Shown in pieces: positions 1 to 9,208 of a stretch of 64,000 nt of DNA. This stretch comes from Candidatus Hydrogenedens sp. GTDB taxonomy: Bacteria; Hydrogenedentota; Hydrogenedentia; Hydrogenedentales; Hydrogenedentaceae. Made by a program: the position numbers and the translations under genes. The notes under the pieces are model-generated. The model was not told the origin of the DNA and searched no databases. It saw nothing but the letters and a program-made list of their open reading frames with translations. Positions within the stretch are counted from its first letter, which is position 1, and every line of letters starts with the position of its first letter. Where the stretch lies: NCBI GenBank assembly GCA_049968235.1, contig JBMFRC010000009.1:68913-132912 (forward strand). The letters run 5' to 3'.

Positions 1-8
1 AATTTCTA

Positions 9-1697
9 TTGGAACCTTTGTGGACGGAAAAGGTGCGAACCGCACTTGTTGAAAATGGAACACTGCTATCAGCAAAAATTTTATGCAATAGTTTGAACAT
101 TCTTTCAGACGAAGGGAAAACCGCTATCCTTCTGGGGTTATATCAGATGGATAAAATTCCATGTATAGAAGAGGTAGTTTCACTTTTAGATAGTCCCATG
201 ATGTCTATAAAGGTTGCTTCCGCACGAGTAATTGCAAATACAGGATTACTGCTTTATGCACCTAAATTATTTGATGTATGCAAATCCACTCCGGAAACAG
301 AACCTTTATATCAGGAATTGTGGGACGCTTATATTCGTTTAGCAGAAAAATCCGCTTTGAATGGGGGAAACTGGGATTACACAATTTTTATGTATCGAAA
401 TGTTATTGAAAATTGCAAAATACCGGCAATTATAGAATCGGCTATTACAGGACTTGGGCGATATGGAGACGAAACCATTATACCTGATTTAGAAACGATT
501 CTCTTAAATTCGGATAAAGAAATGTTTCATCTGTCTGCATTTCACGCAATAAAAATGTTGAATATACCATCTACTGTCCAACCCGTATTAGAGTTATGCT
601 CTAAACTTACAAAAGAAAAACAATTATATTTGTTACCTTCCCTGGTTCAAATAAATGATGAAAGAGGGAAGACAATAGTTCAAAATTTGTTAGAAGAGTC
701 AGGGAGCAATGGTAAGAGGATGTTATTAAATGCATTTTACGAAAATCCATCTTTGCTATATATTAATTATGTTCCAACAATAATGGGAAATCTTGAGGAG
801 TCCGAAAAACAAAAATTGGTGGAATGTCTCTGGCGGGTTGTAGCCTCTTATCACGAAGTAGAGGATTCCGAAAAACAATTTATGGGAAAGGCGTATTTGT
901 ATCTATTTAAATTATGCCCTCCAGAAGAACGAGAAATAGTTATGGATAGGATAAAAAAGTTTCCTACCCCTGAAACTGTAGATGTATTACTTCCTGAATT
1001 GGGCAAAGAAGACCCCAAAAACTTACCTTTCCCCTTACTTTTTGAATTATATAACACACTAACCGATGATAATAAAGAAAAGCGAAACCAGATATATGAA
1101 ATATTGAGAGAACAGTTGGCGACCGTCCCTTTGGAAAAAATTATCAGTAGCATAAGTAATTCAAAAAATCTACCTCAGTTTTGTTCCTTAGCCGGTTTTG
1201 TTAGTAAATGGAACTTACTGGGACCATTTCCATGGAATACACAGGAACCATTTGTTGAAAATTATGGCTTTCCTCAAACGATTTCAATAGATACTCCCTA
1301 TAAATATAAAGACAAAGGGTATGACTGGAAAAAAGATGTTTCAGTAGAAGGTTGGGGATATGTAGGATTGATGGGTTTATGTTCACAATCTTCGATGGAC
1401 TGTGAGAATATATGTGCCTTTGCATACACAAAAATTGATGTTTCTGAAGATACTTCTGCCTTTGCCTGTATAGGTTCTGATGACGGTTTCCGTCTATGGA
1501 TAAATCAGGAAGAGATTGTAAATAAGCATGTGGACCGTGGTATGAAAGTAGATGAAGACAAAGCAGAGATTCATTTCAAGAAAGGAGAAAACACTATCTT
1601 GCTCCAAATAACCCAAATAAAAGGAGGATGGAATTTCTGTTTCAGGTTAACGGATGCTTCAGGAAAACCACTTATATTTAATATAAAACCTTTTTAG
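9..1697 (+). CDS. HEAT/ARM-repeat protein with a C-terminal PA14-like beta domain. 5' partial: the frame is open to the window edge.
   Basis: N-terminal half has helical-repeat (HEAT-like) composition. C-terminus carries a PA14-like motif (GSDDGFRLWINQEEIV...GGWNFCFRL). No stop upstream of position 9, so the gene probably starts outside the window. Confidence 0.55.
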   Translation: MEPLWTEKVRTALVENGTLLSAKILCNSLNILSDEGKTAILLGLYQMDKIPCIEEVVSLLDSPMMSIKVASARVIANTGLLLYAPKLFDVCKSTPETEPLYQELWDAYIRLAEKSALNGGNWDYTIFMYRNVIENCKIPAIIESAITGLGRYGDETIIPDLETILLNSDKEMFHLSAFHAIKMLNIPSTVQPVLELCSKLTKEKQLYLLPSLVQINDERGKTIVQNLLEESGSNGKRMLLNAFYENPSLLYINYVPTIMGNLEESEKQKLVECLWRVVASYHEVEDSEKQFMGKAYLYLFKLCPPEEREIVMDRIKKFPTPETVDVLLPELGKEDPKNLPFPLLFELYNTLTDDNKEKRNQIYEILREQLATVPLEKIISSISNSKNLPQFCSLAGFVSKWNLLGPFPWNTQEPFVENYGFPQTISIDTPYKYKDKGYDWKKDVSVEGWGYVGLMGLCSQSSMDCENICAFAYTKIDVSEDTSAFACIGSDDGFRLWINQEEIVNKHVDRGMKVDEDKAEIHFKKGENTILLQITQIKGGWNFCFRLTDASGKPLIFNIKPF

Positions 1698-1707
1698 GAG
1701 AAAAGAA

Positions 1708-2868
1708 ATGTTATATATAGCCCTATTCATTATGTCCAGTACGACTGTACTTGGTATGGATGCTGAAAATTATTTGTTCTTCCAACGAGAACGAATCGGG
1801 GAAGGAATCTATGAGTCTGCATCTATTTTTGATGTAAATAACAATGGCATTCTGGATATTTACTCGGGAGAATTCTGGTATGAAGGTCCCGATTTCAAAA
1901 AGGCACATCGCGTATGCGTTTTACAGCCAGTAGACGATTATTATGACGACTTTTCCAATTATCCGATGGATGTAAACGGTGATGGCTATATGGATGTTAT
2001 TACAGGTGGATGGTGGGGGAAAACTTTACGATGGCGTGAAAATCCTCAAGGAAAAGATAAATTATGGACCACGCATGATATAGCAGAAGTAGGTAATATA
2101 GAGCGAGCTATTTTTTGCGATTTGGATAAGGATGGTATTGCAGAAATTATTCCTGTTACAAAGCCTGTATATATATTTAAATTAAAAATTTCAGATGATG
2201 GGAAACCTGCGGGTGAATTTATTAAGTATGAAATAAAAACAGATGGAGCGGGAGGACATGGTGCAGGTTACGGAGATGTAGATGGTGATGGTAATATAGA
2301 CCTGTTGTACGCAGGAGGTTGGTTACAATCGCCATCGAATCCATTTGATATATCTTCATGGCAGTGGCACCCGGAGTGGAATTTCGGTTCTGCCAGTGTT
2401 CCTATTTTGACCTGTGATATTAATAAAGATGGAAAGAACGATATTTTGGTAGGTTCTGCACATGATTATGGTCTCTTCTGGTATGAACAAAAGTGTTCTT
2501 CTAATGGGAAAAGGATATGGGGAAAGCATGTTATTGATGAACATCGTTCTCAATATCATGATATTCAACTACATGATATTGATAATGATGGTGAATTGGA
2601 ATTAGTTACCGGGAAACGTTATCGTGCTCATGCCTTCCATGACCCCGGTTCCAAAGACCCCTTAGGTGTATATTACTTCAAGATAATAAATGGAGAATTT
2701 CGTCGTTATACCGTTGATTATGGACCTGCAGGAAAAGCAAGTGGTGTTGGTATTTATTTCTGGATTGACGATGTTGACAAAAATGGGTGGAAAGACATCC
2801 TTGCCCCCGGTAAAGAAGGCGTTTTCTTATTCCGTAATTTCGGACCGATAAAATCTGTTAAAAAATAA
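1708..2868 (+). CDS. FG-GAP/VCBS repeat beta-propeller protein, probably secreted.
   Basis: Repeated D-x-[DN]-x-D-G-x-x-D motifs (DVNGDGYMDVITGG, DLDKDGIAEII, DVDGDGNIDLLYAGG, DINKDGKNDILVGS, DIDNDGELELVTG). Hydrophobic N-terminus. Confidence 0.7.
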   Translation: MLYIALFIMSSTTVLGMDAENYLFFQRERIGEGIYESASIFDVNNNGILDIYSGEFWYEGPDFKKAHRVCVLQPVDDYYDDFSNYPMDVNGDGYMDVITGGWWGKTLRWRENPQGKDKLWTTHDIAEVGNIERAIFCDLDKDGIAEIIPVTKPVYIFKLKISDDGKPAGEFIKYEIKTDGAGGHGAGYGDVDGDGNIDLLYAGGWLQSPSNPFDISSWQWHPEWNFGSASVPILTCDINKDGKNDILVGSAHDYGLFWYEQKCSSNGKRIWGKHVIDEHRSQYHDIQLHDIDNDGELELVTGKRYRAHAFHDPGSKDPLGVYYFKIINGEFRRYTVDYGPAGKASGVGIYFWIDDVDKNGWKDILAPGKEGVFLFRNFGPIKSVKK

Positions 2869-2875
2869 TCACAGA

Positions 2876-3283
2876 ATGCGTAAACTCACGGAATCATTTT
2901 ATAGACATAAAAGATTTGTAAAATTTATACTGGCGGTGATTGTTGCAATTCATTTAGGTCTGCTGGAATCTGCATGGACTACTCCAACAGCACCGGGAGC
3001 CGTAAAAGCAGAATTGGGAAATTTTGCTATTGCAGTAATTATGGTGATTGTTTGTTTTCCATGGGTATGGTGGGCTTTCGGATTAAGTATGCTGGAAGAA
3101 TTTATTCAAGTGTGGATTGGCAATGAGGGCAGATGGGTTCCCAATTGGGATTGGCTATTTCATCATTGGTCAGCAGGCTATTTCGGTGTGAACCTCTATC
3201 CCGTCTTAACATTTCCTCTGGCGTCAATTCTTATAGAACGCGGTTATTGGATATTTATCAGATATTCAAAACATAAAGAATAA
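2876..3283 (+). CDS. Small integral membrane protein, hypothetical.
   Basis: 135 aa with about 3 hydrophobic helices. Starts 8 nt after the previous stop. No recognisable family. Confidence 0.4.
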   Translation: MRKLTESFYRHKRFVKFILAVIVAIHLGLLESAWTTPTAPGAVKAELGNFAIAVIMVIVCFPWVWWAFGLSMLEEFIQVWIGNEGRWVPNWDWLFHHWSAGYFGVNLYPVLTFPLASILIERGYWIFIRYSKHKE

Positions 3284-3453
3284 CTAGGATAAGTTACAAA
3301 AATGTTTGTTTCACAATTTCTTTGACTACTACAATGTAGATAATTAAACGCAAAAAATTATTTTCTATATCATATTAGATGTTGGCATAAATTTTGTTCA
3401 TAACTTTTCAGGTGTGAAGAAAATTAAATAACAAATAAAAAAGGAATGTATAA

Positions 3454-5019
3454 ATGATAAAAAAAATCCTTCTTACACTTTTTATAATTTCTTTTTTAAG
3501 TGTTTTGTCCTATGGAGAATTGGTTTCTGTTGAAATTGGAGGAAAACTTGAGATTTATGGTTTGTATTACCATGGTTTTATTGAACCGTCTGACCGGGAT
3601 AGGATTCCGTCATGGGCTTTATCAGGTAGGACCATAGGACCTGATGGAACATACTCCGCTTATAGGACAGGAAGCGATTCCACTGGAAGTTCGTATGTTG
3701 AACAGAGGACCCGTCTCCATACTCGTGCAATGATGACCGATAATGTTTCCGCTTTTATTGAATTAGATTCAATTGATTCATGGGGAGAAGATTTTCGTTC
3801 TCAAGACTATTTAACAGGAAGAGACAATAGAGGTAATACCATTGATGATATTGAATTATTTCAAGCATATATACAATGTAAAGATATAGGAACTGAGGGT
3901 TTGACACTTACTATAGGAAGGCAAGCCATTGACTTAGGTTCAGGTTGGCTGGTAGGTTCAGACCCGGGACCTAATCCATTTACAGGGCTAAGTTTTGACG
4001 CAATCAGATTACAATATGAACAGGAATCGTATATACTGGATGTTTTTTATGCAAAACTTCTTGAAAGTATGAATTCATTTAATCATAACGATGTCGATTT
4101 TGCGGGTATGTATTTTACCTGGAAGGAAATTATTGAAGGTAGTAGTATTGACCTTTATTATTTTCTGCTAAGGGATAATCGAAAGAATGAAGTGACCTAT
4201 GGAGACATTTTCCTGGAAACATTTGAGCGAATTTTGGACAGAGATAATCCATCCACCACTTATATTAATACAATAGGCGTGCGATTTTTTGGTGAATACA
4301 ACAGCTTTGATTATGAAGTAGAATTTGCATATCAATGGGGAGAAAGTTCTGCTTTTGGTAATTTGTATGTTCCGGTTGATGGAATTTATGGCGATAGTGG
4401 TGCGGATTGGGCATTACCTGCGGGTCATTTCGAAGTAGGATATACTATAGACGAGAAAAAATGGACACCCCGAGTTTATATAGGAGGATGTTATTATGGA
4501 GCAGAAGATAATCGTTCTTTCTCATTTGTAGATTGGTTAACGGGAATAGGTGTCGGAGAAGCCAGTCCTTCATTTAATCGCTTATTTACAGCAACCCGTG
4601 AAGATAATTTCATTGATTTATCCGGTATGACAAACTTCTGGCAATTGTATTCTGGGATATCTGTTGCACCTATCGAAAAAGTAGAAGTCGGGTTTGAAGT
4701 CGCTTATTTGCAAACAGTATCTGCTTTTGATAGACCTTATTCTTTTACAATTGGCAATGCAGAGTTTTATCCACTGAGTCCATTCTCATTTTTAACAAGA
4801 ACGAATAGTAAAGATATCGGCTGGCAAACACTCCTCAGTCTAACATATCAATATAGTGAAAACCTAAGTTTTGAAACCGGCTGGTCTCATTTCTTCATTG
4901 GCGATGGACTAGTAAAAGGAACCTTTCTGGATAATTACGCTACCTCCTTTGTTTCTACTGTTAATGATGACGATGCCGATTTCTTTTATTTATCAACAAC
5001 AATCGAGTTTAATACTTAA
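3454..5019 (+). CDS. Secreted protein, possibly an outer-membrane beta-barrel or porin-like protein.
   Basis: N-terminal signal peptide (MIKKILLTLFIISFLSVLSYG). Alternating amphipathic composition rich in G/Y/S/T/D/F. Aromatic-rich C-terminal region. Confidence 0.45.
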   Translation: MIKKILLTLFIISFLSVLSYGELVSVEIGGKLEIYGLYYHGFIEPSDRDRIPSWALSGRTIGPDGTYSAYRTGSDSTGSSYVEQRTRLHTRAMMTDNVSAFIELDSIDSWGEDFRSQDYLTGRDNRGNTIDDIELFQAYIQCKDIGTEGLTLTIGRQAIDLGSGWLVGSDPGPNPFTGLSFDAIRLQYEQESYILDVFYAKLLESMNSFNHNDVDFAGMYFTWKEIIEGSSIDLYYFLLRDNRKNEVTYGDIFLETFERILDRDNPSTTYINTIGVRFFGEYNSFDYEVEFAYQWGESSAFGNLYVPVDGIYGDSGADWALPAGHFEVGYTIDEKKWTPRVYIGGCYYGAEDNRSFSFVDWLTGIGVGEASPSFNRLFTATREDNFIDLSGMTNFWQLYSGISVAPIEKVEVGFEVAYLQTVSAFDRPYSFTIGNAEFYPLSPFSFLTRTNSKDIGWQTLLSLTYQYSENLSFETGWSHFFIGDGLVKGTFLDNYATSFVSTVNDDDADFFYLSTTIEFNT

Positions 5020-5618
5020 AACTTATCCTTAATAACAAATTCTTCATAGGGAAGTTGACCGGCACGAGGCCAGGCAGGTTTTATTGCTTTACCTACTGCG
5101 ATCATCATAGCAATAACATGGTCAGGTGGAAGATTAATTAATTTACCCACAGCATCAAAGTCAAAACCTACCATCGGACAGGAGTCATATCCCATTGCTT
5201 TTGCGGAAAGCATTAATGTTTGCCCCGCTATTCCACAGGAACGCATTGCCTCATCTCTTTGAACAAGTTCTCGCCCACGATAATATTGGTCTATGGCTGG
5301 GATAACAAATTTTTGTATATCTTCAGGTGCATTTCTCCAGTATCGTTCAGGTTGCTTTTCCCATGATTTCACATCTGCACACAGCACAACAAGCAGTGAA
5401 GCATCGGTTACCTGGGATTGATTCCATGCAACCTCGCGAATCTTCTTTCGTAATTCAGGGTTCTGCACCAATACAAAACGCCAATTCTGGATATTGAAGG
5501 AAGTCGGAGACAAAAGCACCAAAGACATCAACTTTTTTATCTCTTCTTCTGTCATTTTGTGATTTGGGTCAAAATGTTTTACTGCCCTTCGTTGTTCAAT
5601 GGCTTCAAAAACATTCAT
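5016..5618 (-). CDS. Nitroreductase-family NAD(P)H-dependent oxidoreductase.
   Basis: Classic nitroreductase N-terminus (AIEQRRAVKHFDPNHKMTEEEIKKLMSLVLLSPTSFNIQNWRFVLV). 200 aa. Confidence 0.8.
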   Translation of the reverse strand: MNVFEAIEQRRAVKHFDPNHKMTEEEIKKLMSLVLLSPTSFNIQNWRFVLVQNPELRKKIREVAWNQSQVTDASLLVVLCADVKSWEKQPERYWRNAPEDIQKFVIPAIDQYYRGRELVQRDEAMRSCGIAGQTLMLSAKAMGYDSCPMVGFDFDAVGKLINLPPDHVIAMMIAVGKAIKPAWPRAGQLPYEEFVIKDKF

Positions 5619-5707
5619 TATTTATATTCCTTTTTATACAGTTATAATTTTTGCATTGTTATGGTCTGGATTTATAACAAAATAAAAAATGTTTTTATTC
5701 AAAAAGG

Positions 5708-7396
5708 TCATTTCACAGTATTTTGAAAATAATCACAACATTTTTTGATTTTCTTTGTCATTAATGTTGAACGCTCATATCCGCCTCGATAAATATTTAA
5801 TGTCTGTTTTGCCAATTCCAGTGGATTACTTCCTTCCAGATTATCTCGTTCAAATTTCGTAACAAGGGTAATAGGTTTTAAATATGAATTTAATTCCCCA
5901 TAGATTCGTATTTGTTCGTCAATTTCGGATAATAATTTAACCTGTTCACGTGCTTTTATAATCTTGCTATCCGCTATAGTATTTTTTAATTGTTCTGTAA
6001 TATGAATTCCCTGTTTATATTTTCCCGCCAATTCCTCAAAAGAATTTCGAAATTCCTTGTTCCATACCGCAAGAGTTTTTGCATCGGGAGTATTATAAAA
6101 TTGGAAAAATTTGTGAAGATTATCCGATTCTGTTTGTTTATGGGGATTCACATTAAGATGTTCCAGCCACATTAACCGATAGGCAAAGCGTAGAAAATCT
6201 TTCTCATCAATTTCTCGACGAATAACGGGATAAAATTGCAGACAACCATCGGGAGCAAATTCCGAGATATGAACATTTACATTATCCATATCGGGTGTAA
6301 GTTCATGCTGAATTAATTGTTTCTTCTTACGCGTGGAGAAAAGCCAATCAATTGCTTTGAGGACCTGCTCAGGTTGTATCTTATCTAAAGGATGAACATC
6401 GGAAGACTTTGAAGAAATATCCATCTTAAAAGAACGTTCTCTCATTTCGATAGCACAATTTCCTACGCCATAGGGACCTGTTTCGCGAAAATGCACATAG
6501 CCAACAGACACAAGCATTACAGGACATTTTACTGCCGATGCAAGATGCATAGTGCCTGTATCATTGGTTACTAATAAATGGGAGCGTTTTAATAATCCTG
6601 CCAACTGTGGAATGGTCGTTTTACCAAAAAGCGGAATTGCCAGACCGGGAACTTCCTTTTGAAATCTTTGACCCAATTCCGCTTCTGATGGAATACCTAC
6701 AAGAAATATCCGTGCCCTGCACTTTTCATGTAACTTTTTCCCTAATTGTGCAAAATATTCCGCAGGCCAACGTTTATTCGTTTCACTGGCACCCAGTTGC
6801 ATACATACAACAAAATCTTCGGGTGTAATATGATACTCCGCAAAGAGATGGTCTGTAAATTCCATTGCATTAGAATTCACCTCAAAGGTGAGTTCTTTTA
6901 CAGGTTCGGGTATCGGTTCATAGAGTTTGAATATATCGCATAAGTTCAAATCATTATAATCCCGAGAAAGAACGCTGGTAAAGAAGTAAACCGTCCACGG
7001 TCCCCGTAATGTGAATTGCCAATCTTCGGATAAATGTGCCCCGATAACTTTAGGAATTTGTGCCAATTTTAATAACAAAGCGGAAGATGTGCTGTGAGTT
7101 ATGTTATAAGCAATATCAAAGTTCCGTTGTCGTAAATCAAGAATTAACTTTTCTACCTCTTTGTATGCATTTAAATATCGGTCTGAATCTCTCGCAATCA
7201 TATCGGAGAAAATGGGGTCTTCTTGATAAATAATATAATCATTTACATCCGTATTGGCTTTAATAACCTCTTCACTCATTGCCCGTATCATAACAGTAAT
7301 ATGGGCATCTGGATATTTAATACGAATCTGACGGAATAGGGGGGTGGTCTGAATTGTATCGCCAATCCTTGCAGTTTGCAAAACAAGTATTTTCAC
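5708..7396 (-). CDS. Glycosyltransferase family 9 (heptosyltransferase-like) with a C-terminal extension of about 200 aa.
   Basis: N-terminus MKILVLQTARIGDTIQTTPLFRQIRIKYPDAHITVMIR is typical of GT9 ADP-heptose transferases. Last gene of the fliW-csrA-glycosylation operon. Confidence 0.7.
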   Translation of the reverse strand: MKILVLQTARIGDTIQTTPLFRQIRIKYPDAHITVMIRAMSEEVIKANTDVNDYIIYQEDPIFSDMIARDSDRYLNAYKEVEKLILDLRQRNFDIAYNITHSTSSALLLKLAQIPKVIGAHLSEDWQFTLRGPWTVYFFTSVLSRDYNDLNLCDIFKLYEPIPEPVKELTFEVNSNAMEFTDHLFAEYHITPEDFVVCMQLGASETNKRWPAEYFAQLGKKLHEKCRARIFLVGIPSEAELGQRFQKEVPGLAIPLFGKTTIPQLAGLLKRSHLLVTNDTGTMHLASAVKCPVMLVSVGYVHFRETGPYGVGNCAIEMRERSFKMDISSKSSDVHPLDKIQPEQVLKAIDWLFSTRKKKQLIQHELTPDMDNVNVHISEFAPDGCLQFYPVIRREIDEKDFLRFAYRLMWLEHLNVNPHKQTESDNLHKFFQFYNTPDAKTLAVWNKEFRNSFEELAGKYKQGIHITEQLKNTIADSKIIKAREQVKLLSEIDEQIRIYGELNSYLKPITLVTKFERDNLEGSNPLELAKQTLNIYRGGYERSTLMTKKIKKCCDYFQNTVK

Positions 7397-7398
7397 AG

Positions 7399-9183
7399 TT
7401 ATTTCTCCCGTAGCAGATTTTCACCAAAAATACGAACTTCATTCAAATACCAGAATACCTGAACAGGTAATGGAACATTATCATCCAGAATAGGCAAATG
7501 TTTATTAATTTCCTCCTGTAAAAAGGGTATGTCCTGAGGTAGTTTTGCAAGCCATTGTCCCAGAGGGCTATCTTTTCCATATCGTTCGATGATTTCTCCT
7601 ACAGTTCTCTGTATACGCATTCCCTTCCTCATGATTTTTCCACCATAATATTCTTTAATATAATCCAACATTTGATTGGCACGGTGCTCATAAGTATGCT
7701 CTTTTAAAGCCCGTTTTTGTGCATTTTGGGCTATCTGCTTTCTTTCTTCTTCATGTTGCAAAAAATAGTCTATTTTATTCCGAAGTGTTTTTAAGTCTGT
7801 ATAGGTAGGGATTTCATTTTGAGTATCAAATAAATTTTCTAATCCCTTACAGGGGTCGCAAAGTTGAAATCCACCTGCTGATGCAATTTCAAATACGCGG
7901 GGATTGATAGCATCAGCCTCCGGGTCAACTCCTTCATGAATGACACTGGAATGAAGGTTTAGGTTAATCTTTGACCCAGCCACAATTTTCATATATTCTT
8001 CTGTATTAAACCCTTTATTCCCTTCTACCACATGAGGGAGCAATTCTAATTCATTCCAGTTTACTCCCCATATTTTTAAGTTGTAATCAGTTAGTCCTTT
8101 TAACATCTTAATACGATTATAATATCCTGCCCCTGCAAAGGATAAATCACACCTGTATTTTTTCTCTTCGTCTGGACTTAAAGAGACAGGTGCATGAAGT
8201 TCCGGATCACATGCGGTAAATATAGGGAAATGGCAATTACAACCAATAGCATCCAATTTGTTATCAAACTCTCCGGGTTGAATATGAAAAAATAAATTAT
8301 AAAAAGGTGCTATTTCTTTCCAGTAACTAAGGTGCCGCCAGTTCTCCACAAACCAGAATGCAGTTACAATTCCTCGTTCATTCAATCTTGAAACAAATAA
8401 GTTTGTAACGGGAGCCTGCGCCATAACAATACAAATCTCCGGCTGAAATTCTAATACTTGAGCCAGGCACCATTCAGAAAGAAACTTTGTATAGAAATCT
8501 TCAAGCGAATGAGCAATTCGGGTTGTTTTCAGAGTTTTGCCGATAGCATTAAAGACATTCCACGCTATTTCAGTATCTACAAGAAGTGTTTGATGACCCA
8601 ATTTCCGAAAAGCCTGATTTAAATATCGAGTAATAGGAAGAGAACCTCCATACATAGGACCTACAATGGCAATGTTGAAGTGTTGTCGGTTGAAGCATTC
8701 CCGGGATATTCGTTTAATTAACATTTCGCAAAATTCAGGATAAATCCGACTTACAACAGGATGGAAAAAAGGTTGAGGTATTTTATCAAGATAATCATTG
8801 AAGAAAGAATCATTAAAAAGGCAATCTAATGTATCAGGAATGGCAAGTAATAGGTCATCAGGTAATAGATTATTTTGAATGGCTGTAAATGCTACGTCTT
8901 TATCGGGTTCAATGACAATAATTTTATATTCTTTCTGAATGAGTTCCTGGATATGATAACCCAATCCCAGCCCAACAACAACTACAGGCCGCTTTTTATC
9001 CAGAGAAGAACCTTCTACTAATTTTTTGGCTTCCTCTATGGGATTGTATTGGCTGTGATAAAGAAGTCCTGTTATACGAATTGTTTTTATACCTTTGCGT
9101 TTTTCGACCAATTCAACGCGTTCACTCCTATAATTTTCAGGAATTTCTTTTCTCCATTCTGCAATAGATTTAAACATCTTCAT
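7399..9183 (-). CDS. Motility-associated-factor (Maf/DUF115, MptE-like) protein fused to a CgeB-like glycosyltransferase domain.
   Basis: N-terminal region (GLLYHSQYNPIEEAKKLVEG...VVVVGLGLGYH) resembles Maf flagellin-glycosylation proteins. C-terminal region (EEYMKIVAGSKINLNLHS...RVFEIASAGGFQL) resembles CgeB/DUF3880 GT-1-like domains. Confidence 0.65.
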   Translation of the reverse strand: MKMFKSIAEWRKEIPENYRSERVELVEKRKGIKTIRITGLLYHSQYNPIEEAKKLVEGSSLDKKRPVVVVGLGLGYHIQELIQKEYKIIVIEPDKDVAFTAIQNNLLPDDLLLAIPDTLDCLFNDSFFNDYLDKIPQPFFHPVVSRIYPEFCEMLIKRISRECFNRQHFNIAIVGPMYGGSLPITRYLNQAFRKLGHQTLLVDTEIAWNVFNAIGKTLKTTRIAHSLEDFYTKFLSEWCLAQVLEFQPEICIVMAQAPVTNLFVSRLNERGIVTAFWFVENWRHLSYWKEIAPFYNLFFHIQPGEFDNKLDAIGCNCHFPIFTACDPELHAPVSLSPDEEKKYRCDLSFAGAGYYNRIKMLKGLTDYNLKIWGVNWNELELLPHVVEGNKGFNTEEYMKIVAGSKINLNLHSSVIHEGVDPEADAINPRVFEIASAGGFQLCDPCKGLENLFDTQNEIPTYTDLKTLRNKIDYFLQHEEERKQIAQNAQKRALKEHTYEHRANQMLDYIKEYYGGKIMRKGMRIQRTVGEIIERYGKDSPLGQWLAKLPQDIPFLQEEINKHLPILDDNVPLPVQVFWYLNEVRIFGENLLREK

Positions 9184-9208
9184 AAGATATGCCTCTTACT
9201 TCAATCTT

